Of a stretch of 64,000 nt of DNA, positions 37,274-49,639 are shown piece after piece. The DNA lies in the NCBI GenBank assembly GCA_035084275.1, contig CM068757.1:6572001-6636000 (forward strand). The letters are read 5' to 3'. Source of the stretch: Hydrolagus colliei (taxonomy: Eukaryota). Under the pieces are notes generated by a model. The model worked only from the letters and a program-made list of their open reading frames with translations, was not told the origin of the DNA and ran no database searches. Position 1 is the stretch's first letter. Each line of letters opens with the position of its first letter. The position numbers and the translations under genes were made by a program.

Positions 37274-38118
37274 TACAGCGGACCATTCCTTATTAATTCC
37301 ACACATTCCATCAAAACCCTTATTTTACAAAAAGGCAATTTGAATCTGGCTGAAGGTGTACTTTCTGTAAATCCAGCTTTTCAATATGAATGGCAAATCC
37401 AATTTCTTTATCTATACAGATTTATATATACATTTTTCAATGTTATCTTTTCCTTGCAAATTCACTGTCAAACGTCAGGACCAAACACTCAGAAAACCAT
37501 GTGTTTTGTGTGCAAGTGGTTATTTTTAACATCATACAAGGCTGTCATCTGTTTTGAATTGCTGTGCGAAGGCTTTGCTCCCGACAGCCAACTGAAACAC
37601 TGCATTCACCTGCACAGAGCCCTTGGGAAATTTGCAGAACAATACATTGAGCATAATCCAGGACTACAGTTGATGACGTATGACACAGAAAATCCATTCT
37701 GCCTTTCTAATCCTGTACAGGGAACAAGCTTGCTTGATGAAGCTAGGAAGACAGATTCTATTCTTAGCGTTTAATTTTGTTGCACATCATAACCAGGTTT
37801 CATGGCAAGAGCACAGCCAGTGTTTTTTGTTCATCATCTTTTAACAAGCTCAGCAGTCCCAAGAATTAGTAGTCCACTGCAAGAGAATGCAATACAATTG
37901 TTGCACGAGAGCGGAAAAGAAATTAAGAGTTGTCCTCAGGAAAGTCTTGACTGATGCTTTAGAATAAGCCAACCTTTATTATTCATTCAATCAGTTTTCT
38001 TCTGCAAAATAATATTTATCCCTGGGACATATTATTGGCTCGGAGGCTCCCAATATTAAGTTTTGTGAGGATTCATCAATCAATAAAATTAATGTGTAGA
38101 TTTCTCACACAGTGAATT

Positions 38119-38367
38119 AACAACAACAACAACAAAATTATATTTGTATAGCGCCTTTCACATCAGGAGGATGTCCCAAAGCGCTGGACAGTTACTGCTT
38201 CAGACCTGAGCTGAGGAAAGTTTGGGGGGGGAGGGAAGGTAAGGAGTTGCCGATGGGTCCATCAAAGAGGAGAGTCTGGAGGCGAGACTGGAAGGAGGCC
38301 AGGGAGGGGGCGAGGCGGAGGGACTTCGGAATGGAGTTCCAGAGGTTGGGGGCAGAGTGGCTTGAGG
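38119..38367 (-). mobile_element. L2 LINE 3' end (ORF2 C-terminus, UTR, (TTG)n); parent of the short TTG-tail fragments
   Basis: Minus frame reads SHSAPNLWNSIPKSLRLAPSLASFQSRLQTLLFD (L2 C-terminal motif), then the stem-loop and tail. Confidence 0.85.
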
Positions 38368-38857
38368 TAGCATTTTAAACAAAACCCATAAGAAAGCATG
38401 AATTATTATTTGAAGAATATTTGTTTACAATGTATTTTGGTAACCAATTCTCGGCCTGAGGCGCAAAGAAATGAATTCCACAATTTCTATTCAAAACACC
38501 GCAAGTCTATTTTTTTAAAAGTCCGTGATGAATGAGAAGTTGCATTGATGAATGGATAGTTGGTTTCACAGGAAAACAAATAAAAGCATTTGAGACAAAG
38601 TAAATTACTGAATAAGAGAACAAGAGTACATCAATATTGTGCAAGTGCACGTACAAAGGAGTTGAACAATGAACAACACAAAACGGGCTCCCACTCAACT
38701 AAGCTGTGTGTTGGAAGTGAAAAGGAAAAGATCGTGCAATAATTCTACATGTTTTTGATACTGTTCATTTGAAGAATTTTCTTGCCTCTGTAGGAACTGA
38801 AACCACAGCATCTCCCTGTTGGTCAAGGAATACCATGTATAAAATTGGAATGATAAG

Positions 38858-38961
38858 AATAATCCTTGCATTTGATATAATACTTGTCACGCCTTCTAGA
38901 CATCTCAAATGCTTCAAAGAACAAACCTCAAAGTGAAATGAATGAATATTTGTGGGCGAAA
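38858..38961 (-). mobile_element. SINE 3' fragment
   Basis: AATAATCCTTGCATTTGATAT...ATATTTGTGGGCGAAA. Confidence 0.8.
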
Positions 38962-39259
38962 TACCCCTGATAACCTATCAGTGCCTAAATACACAGTACA
39001 TACCTGTCAGTAATAATAGTTTTAGTAACTGCACTCCTGTGAAATACTGTACTCACAACATCGGGTCAAACAAAGCACATTTCACTTGTGGACCATAATC
39101 CCATGGAAAACAGGGGTAGAGACAGGGCCAAAGCACTCTAATTGATGGTTGATTCACCTTTTAGTCAAGATGACTACTTTGGCTGGGGATTAATGGCCTC
39201 TGCCATTGTAACCACTGGACAATTGGCTAGGTGAAAAGGTACCTGGCTCTGCAAAGAGA

Positions 39260-39327
39260 CAACAACCATAACAACAAAATTACATTGATGGAGAGCCGTT
39301 CACGTCGGGAGGACGTCCCAAGGCACT
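39260..39327 (-). mobile_element. L2 3' end fragment
   Basis: AACAACAAAATTACATT...TTCACGTCGGGAGGACGTCCCAAGGCACT. Confidence 0.75.
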
Positions 39328-40884
39328 GAGACATTTCTGAGCCAGGACTGCTGGGCTTGCATGTCAAGTAAAGTATCGGATCTTACAAGAAAATAAATAT
39401 TTTTGTCTTACATGGAAATTTATCCCAATTCTATTTTAGGAAGCAGCAGTCAGCAGCAGGCAAACATCTGTGTTGATGTTTGCCACATTTGTTGCTGTTG
39501 TCACACAGCCAACTCATATACCAACACCAGAGGCAGAAACGGAGGTGACTGTCTGCACTTTTCTTTCTCTACAACTGTACGATAAACTCGCCTTTGATGC
39601 AACAGGGGCAAATCTACTTAAAACAACTTATGAATAAAGCACGGTGAAGAGGTTGAGGACATAGTTGCCCTTAGAAGTGAAGTCTCTAATCACAAGTAAT
39701 GCCTTTGCTCCGAATGGAACATAACATACAGGATGTTGAAAGGTGCTGGCATGTCAATGTGAGTTAAAAAAAAATTTGGATGAACCTGCAAACGATCTGG
39801 TTCCTTTGGCAGCTGCTAAAGCCTAAGGAAGTGGGAGGAGGGCATTTTGAATTCTTTCAGGTGCAGCAAACATCAATGGTATTCTTTGTACTGAGTTTTT
39901 AAGTTGAGCTGTACAGAGAAGGTGAATTGATTCTTTTCGGCTTTTATGTGATGCTTTCATCTTGTGTTCTCACAGACTCTTCCCCTTTTTACCAGACAAA
40001 CTCGGTGTAAAACCAACAGAATTTCCCTCGAGCTCATGCTTTTAGCATTCCAAATCTTCTTCAGCGTGACTTTAAAGGAAAGTTTGGACAAGCAATGAAG
40101 TATTATCGGTCCCAAACAGTAAGTCAGGAATGTACAGGTTAGTGAGCATTCACCTCAATCTCTTCTGGGGCACTGGTAGCCAGATGTTGAAGAGAAATGT
40201 CCTCTGTATTTTTTGTAATCATACCCAAACAATCTTCCTAACTTCCTGGAAAGTGGAAACTCCTTATCAAGTCCAGCCCCAGACAAGAGTGACTGATCCA
40301 AAATGGAACAAACGTAAAACAAGTTCACGGGTTTGAAAACTGAGAAAGACACTTTCAGCCCAATGCAGCTTTTTAAAATTAGTTTTATATGAATTCTAAC
40401 CGTAAAATGCAGCGGATTCATTGAGACACCAGACCGAAAAGGCAGGGGTTTAGGGTTACAATGGGTAATTTCTGTACAATTAACGCCTAAAGAAAATTCA
40501 GTCTTTAACAGCACTGCCAAAAGTAACTTGAGGAATGCAAAAAAAAAAAATACAATTTTGTAAAGAACTCCCATAAAAATATACAGCAAAATTACCGTAA
40601 TCTTTCAATAAATATTGACAGTAAAGAGGAGTCAAACCAGTGTGAGGTTGTGATTATACAGTCAAGCTGACTGGCTGTTCACTTATTCCCTATGCAACTG
40701 AGGCACTGCATTGTCTGACATGATAACATTTCCCTTGATAATACAGCTGCAGTATCTTTCCCAGGCTACTAATCCGACACATACACAGAGTGCAGAGAAA
40801 GACGTGAACATACTCCAGATTGGCCAGGCAGTGTGCACACCTACACATCCTACCAGAAGACCATCAAAAATTACATGTACGTAC

Positions 40885-41105
40885 ACAACAACAACAATTT
40901 GCATTTATATAAGTGCCCCTCATGCAGGGTAGCGTCACAGAGCATTCGACAGTGGCAGAGGATAGGACAGGACAGCACTGAGCGGGAGGGAGGGAGGGCC
41001 CATCGATTGGGAAGGTATTCAGGCATGACCTGAGGTGGTGAAGGATGGGGCAAGGCAGAGCGATGGGGTCGAGTTTTCCAGTGTTTTGGAGAGTGGTGGC
41101 TGAAC
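40885..41105 (-). mobile_element. L2 3' end
   Basis: (CAA)n TTTGCATTTATAT followed by purine-rich L2-like ORF2 end (...TTCCAGTGTTTTGGAGAGTGGTGGCTGAA). Confidence 0.65.
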
Positions 41106-43297
41106 CCAATATTAGCTCACATCATGACTGATAAACTCATTGGACATGAGACACACAGAAGATTCATTCCATCGCTCTGGGCTGGTTTAAATTCAAGATC
41201 CCATGCAGCGTTATAATACAAGTGATAAGCAATGATGATCTAATAGTGGACAAAAAAGCTGCTGCGCTAGATCTACTGTAAAATAGTTTACGATTGCCAT
41301 CATTGATGATTGACTGACAGGAAACCAGTCTGTTTGCTAAACACCTTACAATCATAAGTATTGAGTTGGCACATGTTTGCATTTCAAGACAAGACAGATG
41401 AGAAAATTATGCTTCCGGAGCGAAAAGCAAACCGTTATATAAGCAGACGAACCAGAACAATATTATCATTGGTCCTCCAATTAACTTTTAATTTTTATTC
41501 ATGGGCCTTCAGGGAAAAACATTTAGAATCCAATTAAATTAAAATAAACTCAATGCTCCATCTCAAACAAGCATTTAGCCAAGCCTTTACTTAAAAGAGA
41601 ATTCACACCTTGACTGCTCAAAATTTGCATCCATTGTAATTTCATAAAGCAAACTTCAGTAAACTAATATGAAAATTGTTGAGATAAGATTAGCATCTAT
41701 TAAGACCTAAACTAAACAACAACTGTATTACAGCTATGCTTTGCAGAAATGAAGTAACAAACGAAGGCTAAAAAGATTTCAATTGAATAACAAGTACATG
41801 TACATGCTTTGAAAACACCAAAAGCTGCTGCTCTAGCTCTTATAGTAAAATAGTTATTTCACTTGTAAATATGGCCAGCAGGACCACTAATCCTGAAACA
41901 TAACCATCAACAAACAGCAGGATGAAAATATGAATTGAGCTAAAAAAAATTGACACTAATTCCAAGTAGAATCTCTGCTTTTATGCAAGAGATGCTACTT
42001 AAACCATTAGTGCAATGAGAAACTTTGTTCAACACAGGAATGATTATGAGTTTAGTGACTGTCGCTTCTGTTGCTTTGGACAAAAATGTACAGAATGTAG
42101 GCATGTAAATGAATGTACACGATAAGAGCTTTGAGGCTATTACACTTACAAATATTGTACCATGATGGAATACAATGCTTTTGAAGGAATTACTAAATAC
42201 CTCTGATGCATTATACAGATGTACAGTATATTGTTATTCTAAAGTGCTCTGTCAGAAGATGCTAATATGCAGGTCTCTCCTAATGATTCGTCACCCAACA
42301 AGCTCTCAGTCTTAAGAAGAGAGGCACTGAATCAATGAGTAATAACTGAGAATGAGGGAGAAAAGTGAGAGTGTACATGAGACAAAGATAAAAGAGAGGA
42401 ACAAACTAGCAGAATTAAGAGAATAAAAGCCAATGAGTGTGTGCGAGAGGGAGACAGACAGACATAGACGCAGAGACAAAGAAAGACAGAGGCAGACAAC
42501 TCTCATGGAATATCACAACTTTTGAAAACCTCTCTAACCCACTGGTTCTGTATTATATACATTTTTGACAAGCCTGGGAATGTGGGACTGAAACAGATGC
42601 TTGGAGATATGGGACTTGGGGATGATTCCTACTGGGAAGGCAAGCCGCAAGCACAGTCACCAGCACCAAAGTTTCCTTGTATCAGCTTCAAATCTCCTGC
42701 CTAAGCTACGAAAGAAATTCTGCTTTACAATCAGCTGCGAGGCTTTGCTGAAGTGGATCAAAGGCATTGCACAGGTCTCTGGGTAGCCCTGCTGTGCAGA
42801 GATACATCAATGCCATTTATTTTAATCAGCTGGTGCTGTGGTACAGCAGCAGATGTGGAGCTGCCCGGGGCCCAGCTCAGGTCTCCAAGACAACTAATGG
42901 AGCCAACAAAGCCAGATCTCAAATCCCGCAGCACTTAAGGGTTAATGGAAGAAGAAAGCCTGACTAACGCTACTGCATTTGCCGAGGACAGCATTTGTTG
43001 GTGTTCTGTTTGTTTAAATTACGTTTAATTAACATTAGCACCAGACTGTTTCTAATAACCAAGTACAGCTATTCATTAAATAGAGGCACTGCAGTTTTAG
43101 CAATAGAGCTTTGGTGAGTTGGAAGCTCTAAGAGTAACTGGGTACATTCATAAATAGGACACTGATGTGAATCCCAACATTGACAAATTGACAGAAACTT
43201 CAATCTCCAAAGCCAAATGGATTGCTGGCTTTTAACTGGGTAGCTGGTCACCAATGTGGCAAAATTAATCTTGTTTGTTTCCGCAATTTATAGCAAT

Positions 43298-43370
43298 ATA
43301 ATCCTTGCATTTGATATAGCGCCTTATCACATTGCTGAGATGTCTCAAAGTAGATTGACTGTGTATTTTG
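43298..43370 (-). mobile_element. SINE 3' fragment with deletion
   Basis: ATAATCCTTGCATTTGATATAGCGCCTTATCAC. Confidence 0.8.
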
Positions 43371-43957
43371 AGGGTGGAACAATTTAACTCCAGAAAGCAC
43401 ATCTCCCATGAAATCATACGGGCATGAAAGTCACTCACAGCATTGCTACTGCCTAAATCTTCCTCCTCTCCCAACTGAAGAGACAGACAATGGCATATAA
43501 TAATGAAAATGTGAAAAAACCCCACCAAGCGCAACATTTTTGAAATGTAAAACCGTGATGGGAAATGTGAACTTTGCACACATGGAACAGCTGAACTGTC
43601 ACTGTTGACATTTTGCAATCAATCCTGTTCAATAACTTCACAATTCAAAATCCCAGAAAAGCACTTGACAATCATGTGAAAAAAAAATCAGATTAGAACA
43701 AATCAGCTTTTGAAATGCACCAGAAAGCATCAGTTAATTGCAAGAATTGGTACAGATGAACAGTGACCAGATATAGATTTACCTACTGCGCCAAGTGTCT
43801 CAAACACACGCTCTCACTCACAGGAAGCAGCCAGTATCTGCAAAGATTTCTTTGAAATTGGTATGGTTTGATTTGGGAACTCTCAATTATCCACCAATTT
43901 TATTTGAATTACCACAATGGGAAGAGGGAGAGCAGGAGAGCACCCTTTAATACAAAA

Positions 43958-44196
43958 GGCGCTGCAGCTCAATGTTCAGAGAACTCGCCTTACAAGCGAG
44001 AGACCTGGATTCGATTCCAGGCAGGACGAAACCTTGGGCAAGTTTCCTTACTCCACATGCCTAATAATAATCCCTCAAAAAAAATTGGTCAAAATACAAA
44101 ATATCAGTCAATTCACTTAACAGTATATTCTGTAAGGGCTTTGTTACGTCTAGAAATCATGAAAAGCGCCATATCAAATGCAAAGATTATTATTAT
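43958..44196 (+). mobile_element. Dominant SINE, internally deleted
   Basis: Head CTCGCCTTACAAGCGAGAGACC...ACCTTGGGCAAGTTTCC, central body missing, tail present. Confidence 0.88.
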
Positions 44197-44964
44197 GATC
44201 GGACGATTAACTAGAAGGAATCACATCTTGAATTTTTAAGAGTTTTCTTTCAATTGAATAGTTGACTTCTGAGAACTTTTTATGAGATCAAAGACAACAG
44301 ATACCATCCACCCCCACCCCAAGCAAAAAAAGCAGTATGAAGCAATCCAGAAGTCACCATACAGCAACTGCAGAATGAGAGACGATTAAACCAGGAGAAA
44401 TTCATCTTAAGCTTTAATCAATTCTGGGCCTTAACCTGAACCTTGTACAACCTGCTGTTTCACACACAAACGCTAGATTGACAGCATTTTCAATGCATTG
44501 TATAACCGAAGACTCTGACTACTGAATGCTAGGTGGCAAAACTATAAACTAGAACTAAACTAAAAAGGGGAATAAAGTCACATTTATTAGGCAACACAAC
44601 TTTAAGAACCAATGGAAATACAAACTCTTTTGTTCTGCACCAGTGAGGATTGCTACTTGGCAGCTCTATTTTTAGTTTATCTTTTTTAAACACAAAGTAA
44701 ACTGTATCCAGAAATTCAATTGTCTTTTCTTCAACTCAACAGCTACTCCATCACACGACAATGAAGTTGCTGCTTAACAATTTATCTTGTTCGCATTACA
44801 CCCCTCACAAACATTTCACTAGCATAGAAATTAAAAGAAATCTTTGGAAAACATGCTTTTTTTTGTAAGAAAAGAATAAACTTGAGAAGAATGAAAAGCT
44901 ATGTACTGTACTGTATTGTCACTGGAGCAGTCTTTCAACAGAAACTCCACAAGTTTAATATCTG

Positions 44965-45080
44965 GGTATCACAGGCATAAAGAATTTGGAAAAATAGCTA
45001 GGCATTGTGATTTTAAAAAATCTACAATGATTTAAAACTGCAGGAACAAGCTAAATGGGCTAAATACCGATGGTTTTCTT
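44965..45080 (+). mobile_element. CR1 3' UTR remnant
   Basis: GAACAAGCTAAATGGGCTAAAT resembles the CR1 GATGGGCCGAATGG motif. Confidence 0.4.
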
Positions 45081-45900
45081 ATAAAATCAAACAGTTAACA
45101 TCTGTAGTTGAAGAGGTAATAGTGTATTAAAATGCAATTTGAAGGAATTCCAAAACAGAACTGGTTTACTACATCTAACAACAACAAGTTTGATTTATAT
45201 CGCGCCAAACAATGAAGATCAATGCTGTGAAAAATATTGTCAAACATCATCAATAGTCAAAGTTGGTCTGGGATTAAAGGCACAATATTTTTATCTTCAA
45301 AATGGTTTACACACTACATTGTTTTATTGAGATGTCATTAGGAAGCTCAGTTTTCAGACCAATGCCATGTTGGATATCCACTAATTTGTTCTGAAGCCCT
45401 TTTGGGCAAGAGAATAAGGAGAGCTCGGCCAGAGATGTCTCCATTGACCTCTCTACAAAGTAATTAAACTCACTTAGTTCTGGCAAGCAAATTCAAGAGA
45501 CAGATAGCCTTGAGACTTTACCTTGTGAGGTTCCAATAGGGAACTAAATAATCAAGCATTTTCATTAGGTCTTCTGGTACAACATAACTTTAGACTACAA
45601 ATCTGTTGGGAACAATTCTAGACTGATGACAGTGTGTCAACAAAAATGTTGCTGTAAGAATGAACACAAGCCAAGCAACAGGTGGCAAGTGGCATTTGCC
45701 ATTGACGAGATTCAAACACAATGATCTTAGCAAATTTAAGTGTTTCTGCAAGTCAATTGCCAAGCAATTCATCTCAAAATCAAATACAGTACACCATCAT
45801 GTTTCTTTTCAAGGCAAAAACTATTTTCAAAATGCCAACACAACAAATTATTATACAATATTATAGGAACTTTTTCAAAAATCTTTGTCTATAAAATAGA

Positions 45901-46224
45901 ATGTGGAGCTCCTGTAGCTCAGTGGTTAGAGCACCCGCCTTACAAGCTTGAGACCTGTGTTCGAATCAGGCAGGTCAGGACAAAATCTTGGGCAAGTTTC
46001 CTTACTCCACACGTCTAATAATAATCCGTCCCAAAAAAACACACACTTAATAACATTGGTCATTTCAATCCACGACTGTTTGTGGGACATTGCTGTGCAC
46101 AATTGGTTGCCGCATTTCACCCACAAATACACATTCAATTCACTTTACAGTATATTCTGTGAAGCGCTTTGAGACGTCGATAAGATGTGAAAAGCACTAT
46201 ATCAAATGCAAGGATTATTATTAT
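45901..46224 (+). mobile_element. Full-length young SINE
   Basis: GGAGCTCCTGTAGCTCAGTGGTTAGAGCACCCGCCTTACAAGC...GTTCGAATC...ATCAAATGCAAGGATTATTATTAT. Confidence 0.95.
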
Positions 46225-46332
46225 CTATTTAATATCAATTATATGTTCAAATCCTAGGTGTCTTTCCAGTTTTACCAAAACACTAAAACATTGCAATTGT
46301 AACATTAAAACAAAACACTTGTAGGCACTTGC

Positions 46333-46495
46333 ATTATAATAATAATGATGATAATAATAATGATGCTTGCATTTGAGATAGCGCTTTTCATGTCTTCTGG
46401 ACGTGTCAAAGCGCTTCACAGAATGTACTGTACAGTGTACTGATTGTATATTTGTGGGCGAAATGTGGCAGCCAATTGCTCACAGCAGTGTCCCA
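46333..46495 (-). mobile_element. SINE 3' half, tail-to-tail with the previous copy
   Basis: Reverse complement of 46085-46224. Confidence 0.9.
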
Positions 46496-47877
46496 AAAAG
46501 TATGTTTGATATACACAAACAATGTTTTAGCGGAATATGAAGGTTCCAGTAATTTAGACCCAGGTGTAGACTTGAACTGTTAGAATTTATATGAAGAGAA
46601 GGTTTATAGGAATCGGCTTTGACTGTAATAACTTTAAACCCAGCTCTTCCTACAAGGAATGGGATAACTCCAAGAATTCTTACACATGATAAATAATTAA
46701 TAAGTAAATTAAAATGATAAATAAATTATTAATTATAATAAATAAACAATTTAAAAAAGTACACAAGCTGCTGATGTCACACAGGGAGCTGCTTTGCGGA
46801 TAGGAAGCCTTCTTCATTGTACGAGCACTTGCTATTTAAACTATTCTTTGGTGCTGAGTGACAGATGTAGCCTGTCAAACCCCCCCTCCTTCCCTCACCC
46901 ATTACACAGCCATCTTTGTTCCAGCGAGATATCGCAAGAGACACTAGGAAGGGCAGGTGTGGGGGAGGATGATGAAAACAGCAAAGGGACTCAAACCATG
47001 TGCAAGAAAGCTTATGTCAGCAGGAAGTGGAATGGGGGGGGGGGGGAGGAGGGGAAAAAAGTAAGCCACTCCAGAGAGAATTTGCTGGAAGGCAATGTAC
47101 TCTATTCAGTTGAGAATTGGTGCCTGGGAAGGGCAAGTGAAAGTCTGTCAGCATCATTTGGTAATACTGTATAGTAAAATGAACCTATACCATTGAAATT
47201 TACCATACCAGCCCATTTTGGAATTCATTTAATTCAAATTAGGTCTTATTATTTATGCGTCAATATCTTAGCAATAATACTTCATAATTTCATATAACTG
47301 GAACGTATAGTTTCAGTTGCTGGGCAAAGCCTGTTTGACATTATTCTAATTTACATAAACAAATTAGGCCAAATTGGGATAATTTAATACATTATCCACA
47401 TTAGCATAATGAGTGCAGCCTCTGAGATCTGCCAGGACGGGAATCACATTGCTCGAGTTGCTAATGTAAATGTAAGCATTTCCTTACCAACAGCACTACC
47501 TTCCCCTTCCTTCCCCCAGAGGTTGCGAGGGCTGGACTGCAATACAATTCACAACTGGGAGAATTGTCAGTCATTATCCTTTTCAACCACAATCGTGGTT
47601 TCAGAGAAAGATGAAGTGGTCATTCAAACACGGAAGCCAAAACATCTCCAAACCATCGACTTCTACATGCTGTAACACAATTGCAACAGCACATCGTTCA
47701 AAGGGGAACAAAAGCAGTTTTCCTGTAAGGATTGATCCAATGGTGTATCATTACACAGCTAGCGCATTATAATCTTTCCTCTCCTTCCCGGTTGAGAATG
47801 GATTCACTTATTGCACTTAACGACGGCCAACTGGAATCAAAGCACTGATTGAACTTTCAAATAATAATAATAATAAT

Positions 47878-47984
47878 CAGTCCTGACGAAGGGTTGTAGA
47901 CCCGAAACGTTGACTCTTTTTCCTTTCTCCATGGATGCTGCCTGACCTGCTGAGTTTCCCCAGCAACTTTTGTTTTTGTTTGTT
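47878..47984 (+). mobile_element. Penelope-like element pLTR fragment inserted in a (TAA)n SINE tail
   Basis: CTGACGAAGGG...CCCGAAACGTTGACTC...GATGCTGCCTGACCTGCTGAGTTTCCCCAGCA...TTTTGTTTTTG; (AAT)n on both sides. Confidence 0.7.
47879..47915 (+). ncRNA. Minimal type I hammerhead ribozyme motif (PLE-type)
   Basis: Stem I AGTC(47879-82)/GACT(47912-15); core CUGACGA (47883-89) plus one extra A; stem II GGGT/ACCC with 5-nt loop; GAAA (47904-07); palindromic ACGU in place of stem III; predicted cleavage after U47911. Confidence 0.65.
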
Positions 47985-48036
47985 AATAATAATAATAATC
48001 CTTGCATTTGGTATAGCGCTTTTCACGTCTTCTAGG
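47985..48036 (-). mobile_element. SINE tail fragment (host of the Penelope insertion)
   Basis: AATAATAATCCTTGCATTTGGTATAGCGCTTTTCACGTCTTCTAG. Confidence 0.85.
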
Positions 48037-48974
48037 GATATATTACGCAGATGACCATGTCTGTAACCAAATTTAATCCAGTGAAAATTGGTACATACAC
48101 TTTCAGGGATATTTATTATTTTCAAACAAACAATCTTCCTATTGTAATGCAGTGAAAAAATGACTAAAAAAGTTGAAGGGTTTACTTCTGTTTGGCAAAG
48201 CTGGTTCCATTTATTTCCAAACACCATATCCCTTCCTCGCTAGATTCTCAGTAAGAAACTTAACTCTGAGCAAATCAACCAAGACGTTTGTTTGACAAAC
48301 TATCAGAACTTTATATACAAAAAAGAAATGTTTTTTCAAGGATCAGAAAGCACTGTATTGTTTTCATAAAAAGAAACATAATTTCAACCACCCTTGGTCT
48401 GTAAATGCATTTTGATACTCTCCAAAGACTTGACACATACCTAGCGTAATTTCACCAGTTAAAGGCAAGTGCATGTTCACAAGAGCATTATTCGAATGGC
48501 AAGGTTTACCTGGAAAATGCAAATGTATTCTAGGCAGCATGGAGATTTAGTGAGGAATATGAATCAAATAACTGTACTCATGGATTCAGACAAGAAAGGC
48601 TCACCCTTTAGCTTTTTCTTTTATACAGGCATTTCCATCATCAGAGCTAACATCTTCATTATTACATCCGGCAATAACTTTTTCTGGATACAACAAAGTC
48701 ACTTCTCAAATGCAATCAATGAATCCATTAAAACCATCTCACCCATTTCCTTTCCTGCAAAATTCACATGTACAAAGGAACCACTTATGTGGATAACCAA
48801 ATTCAAACCCGTGACAATAAATTATGCAAGGTAGTAAAATATTTAACATATGAAATATTATATAAATACAACGGTTTGAACCCAAATGATCAAAAAGCAA
48901 ACTACAGTAAACCTAAAACAAAACTACCACTGGAGCCACTTCCTTCCAATTGGTAAACCGTTTGCTGGGATTTC

Positions 48975-49136
48975 AACAGGAGGACATCCTGGCCAAACAT
49001 TCCCGAGATAAAATTGGCCATTCACTTTGTGGCTCTTCAAAATATAATCCACTTGATAGGATATCCTGTAATGGGCTGAGACATCTCAAATGATGTGATA
49101 ACGTGCTATATCAAACACAAGGATTATTATTATTAC
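48975..49136 (+). mobile_element. Deleted DeuSINE-like 3' part
   Basis: CATCCTGGCCAAACATT (Deu block) plus L2 tail TGAGACATCTC...AAGGATTATTATTATT. Confidence 0.65.
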
Positions 49137-49144
49137 TACACAAG

Positions 49145-49217
49145 CCTAAGACTGTGGCGTGAACTTACAAACCTTCTAACGCAGAGGCAAAAGTGATAAC
49201 GCTGAATGAAACTGACA
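49145..49217 (-). mobile_element. DeuSINE-type tRNA head fragment
   Basis: TGAACTTACAAACCTTCTAACGCAGAGGCAAAAGTG resembles the head at 18777-18827. Confidence 0.5.
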
Positions 49218-49639
49218 AATAATGAGGAGTGGGATAAAAATGTTAATGGCTATAGTATCTATAGGAAGGGGTCCAAATTTCTATTTGTACCTCATGGTTC
49301 CTGGCATTCCTCACTCTTACAGTGATGTTAGGGAATATCAACGTCAAATTCTAAACCACAGGAACGAATCACATCACTGTTGTTAAACCACTGTCAAAAT
49401 ATAGACCAAACAATGATATGAAAATGGTAAGGTCCCCAGGAAAAACAAACAAACTATCAGCTAATGTCAAAAAGGATAATGCAATACCCCACAAATACCT
49501 ATAATTTAGCTTCTTGTTTTATGCAGACAATCAGCATAATAAAAGCAAGTGTTTTGAAGAAACCTTCCTCGGTAGCACCAGAAAATGTCTCACCTTAATG
49601 GACTTCCAGGAGTAACTTGAAACTTTAATTGTTATTGTC

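Noticed and set aside
41232-41317. C/D-box snoRNA (ATGATGA...CTGA)
   Set aside because: No terminal stem, the C'-like box lies only 4 nt from box D, and no recognisable rRNA-antisense element.
45905-45975. tRNA gene
   Set aside because: No proper acceptor stem or terminator, and it continues directly into the SINE body; the same applies to all other copies.
46501-46520. miR-190-like TATGTTTGATATA
   Set aside because: Seed 5' end mismatched and no complementary star arm nearby.
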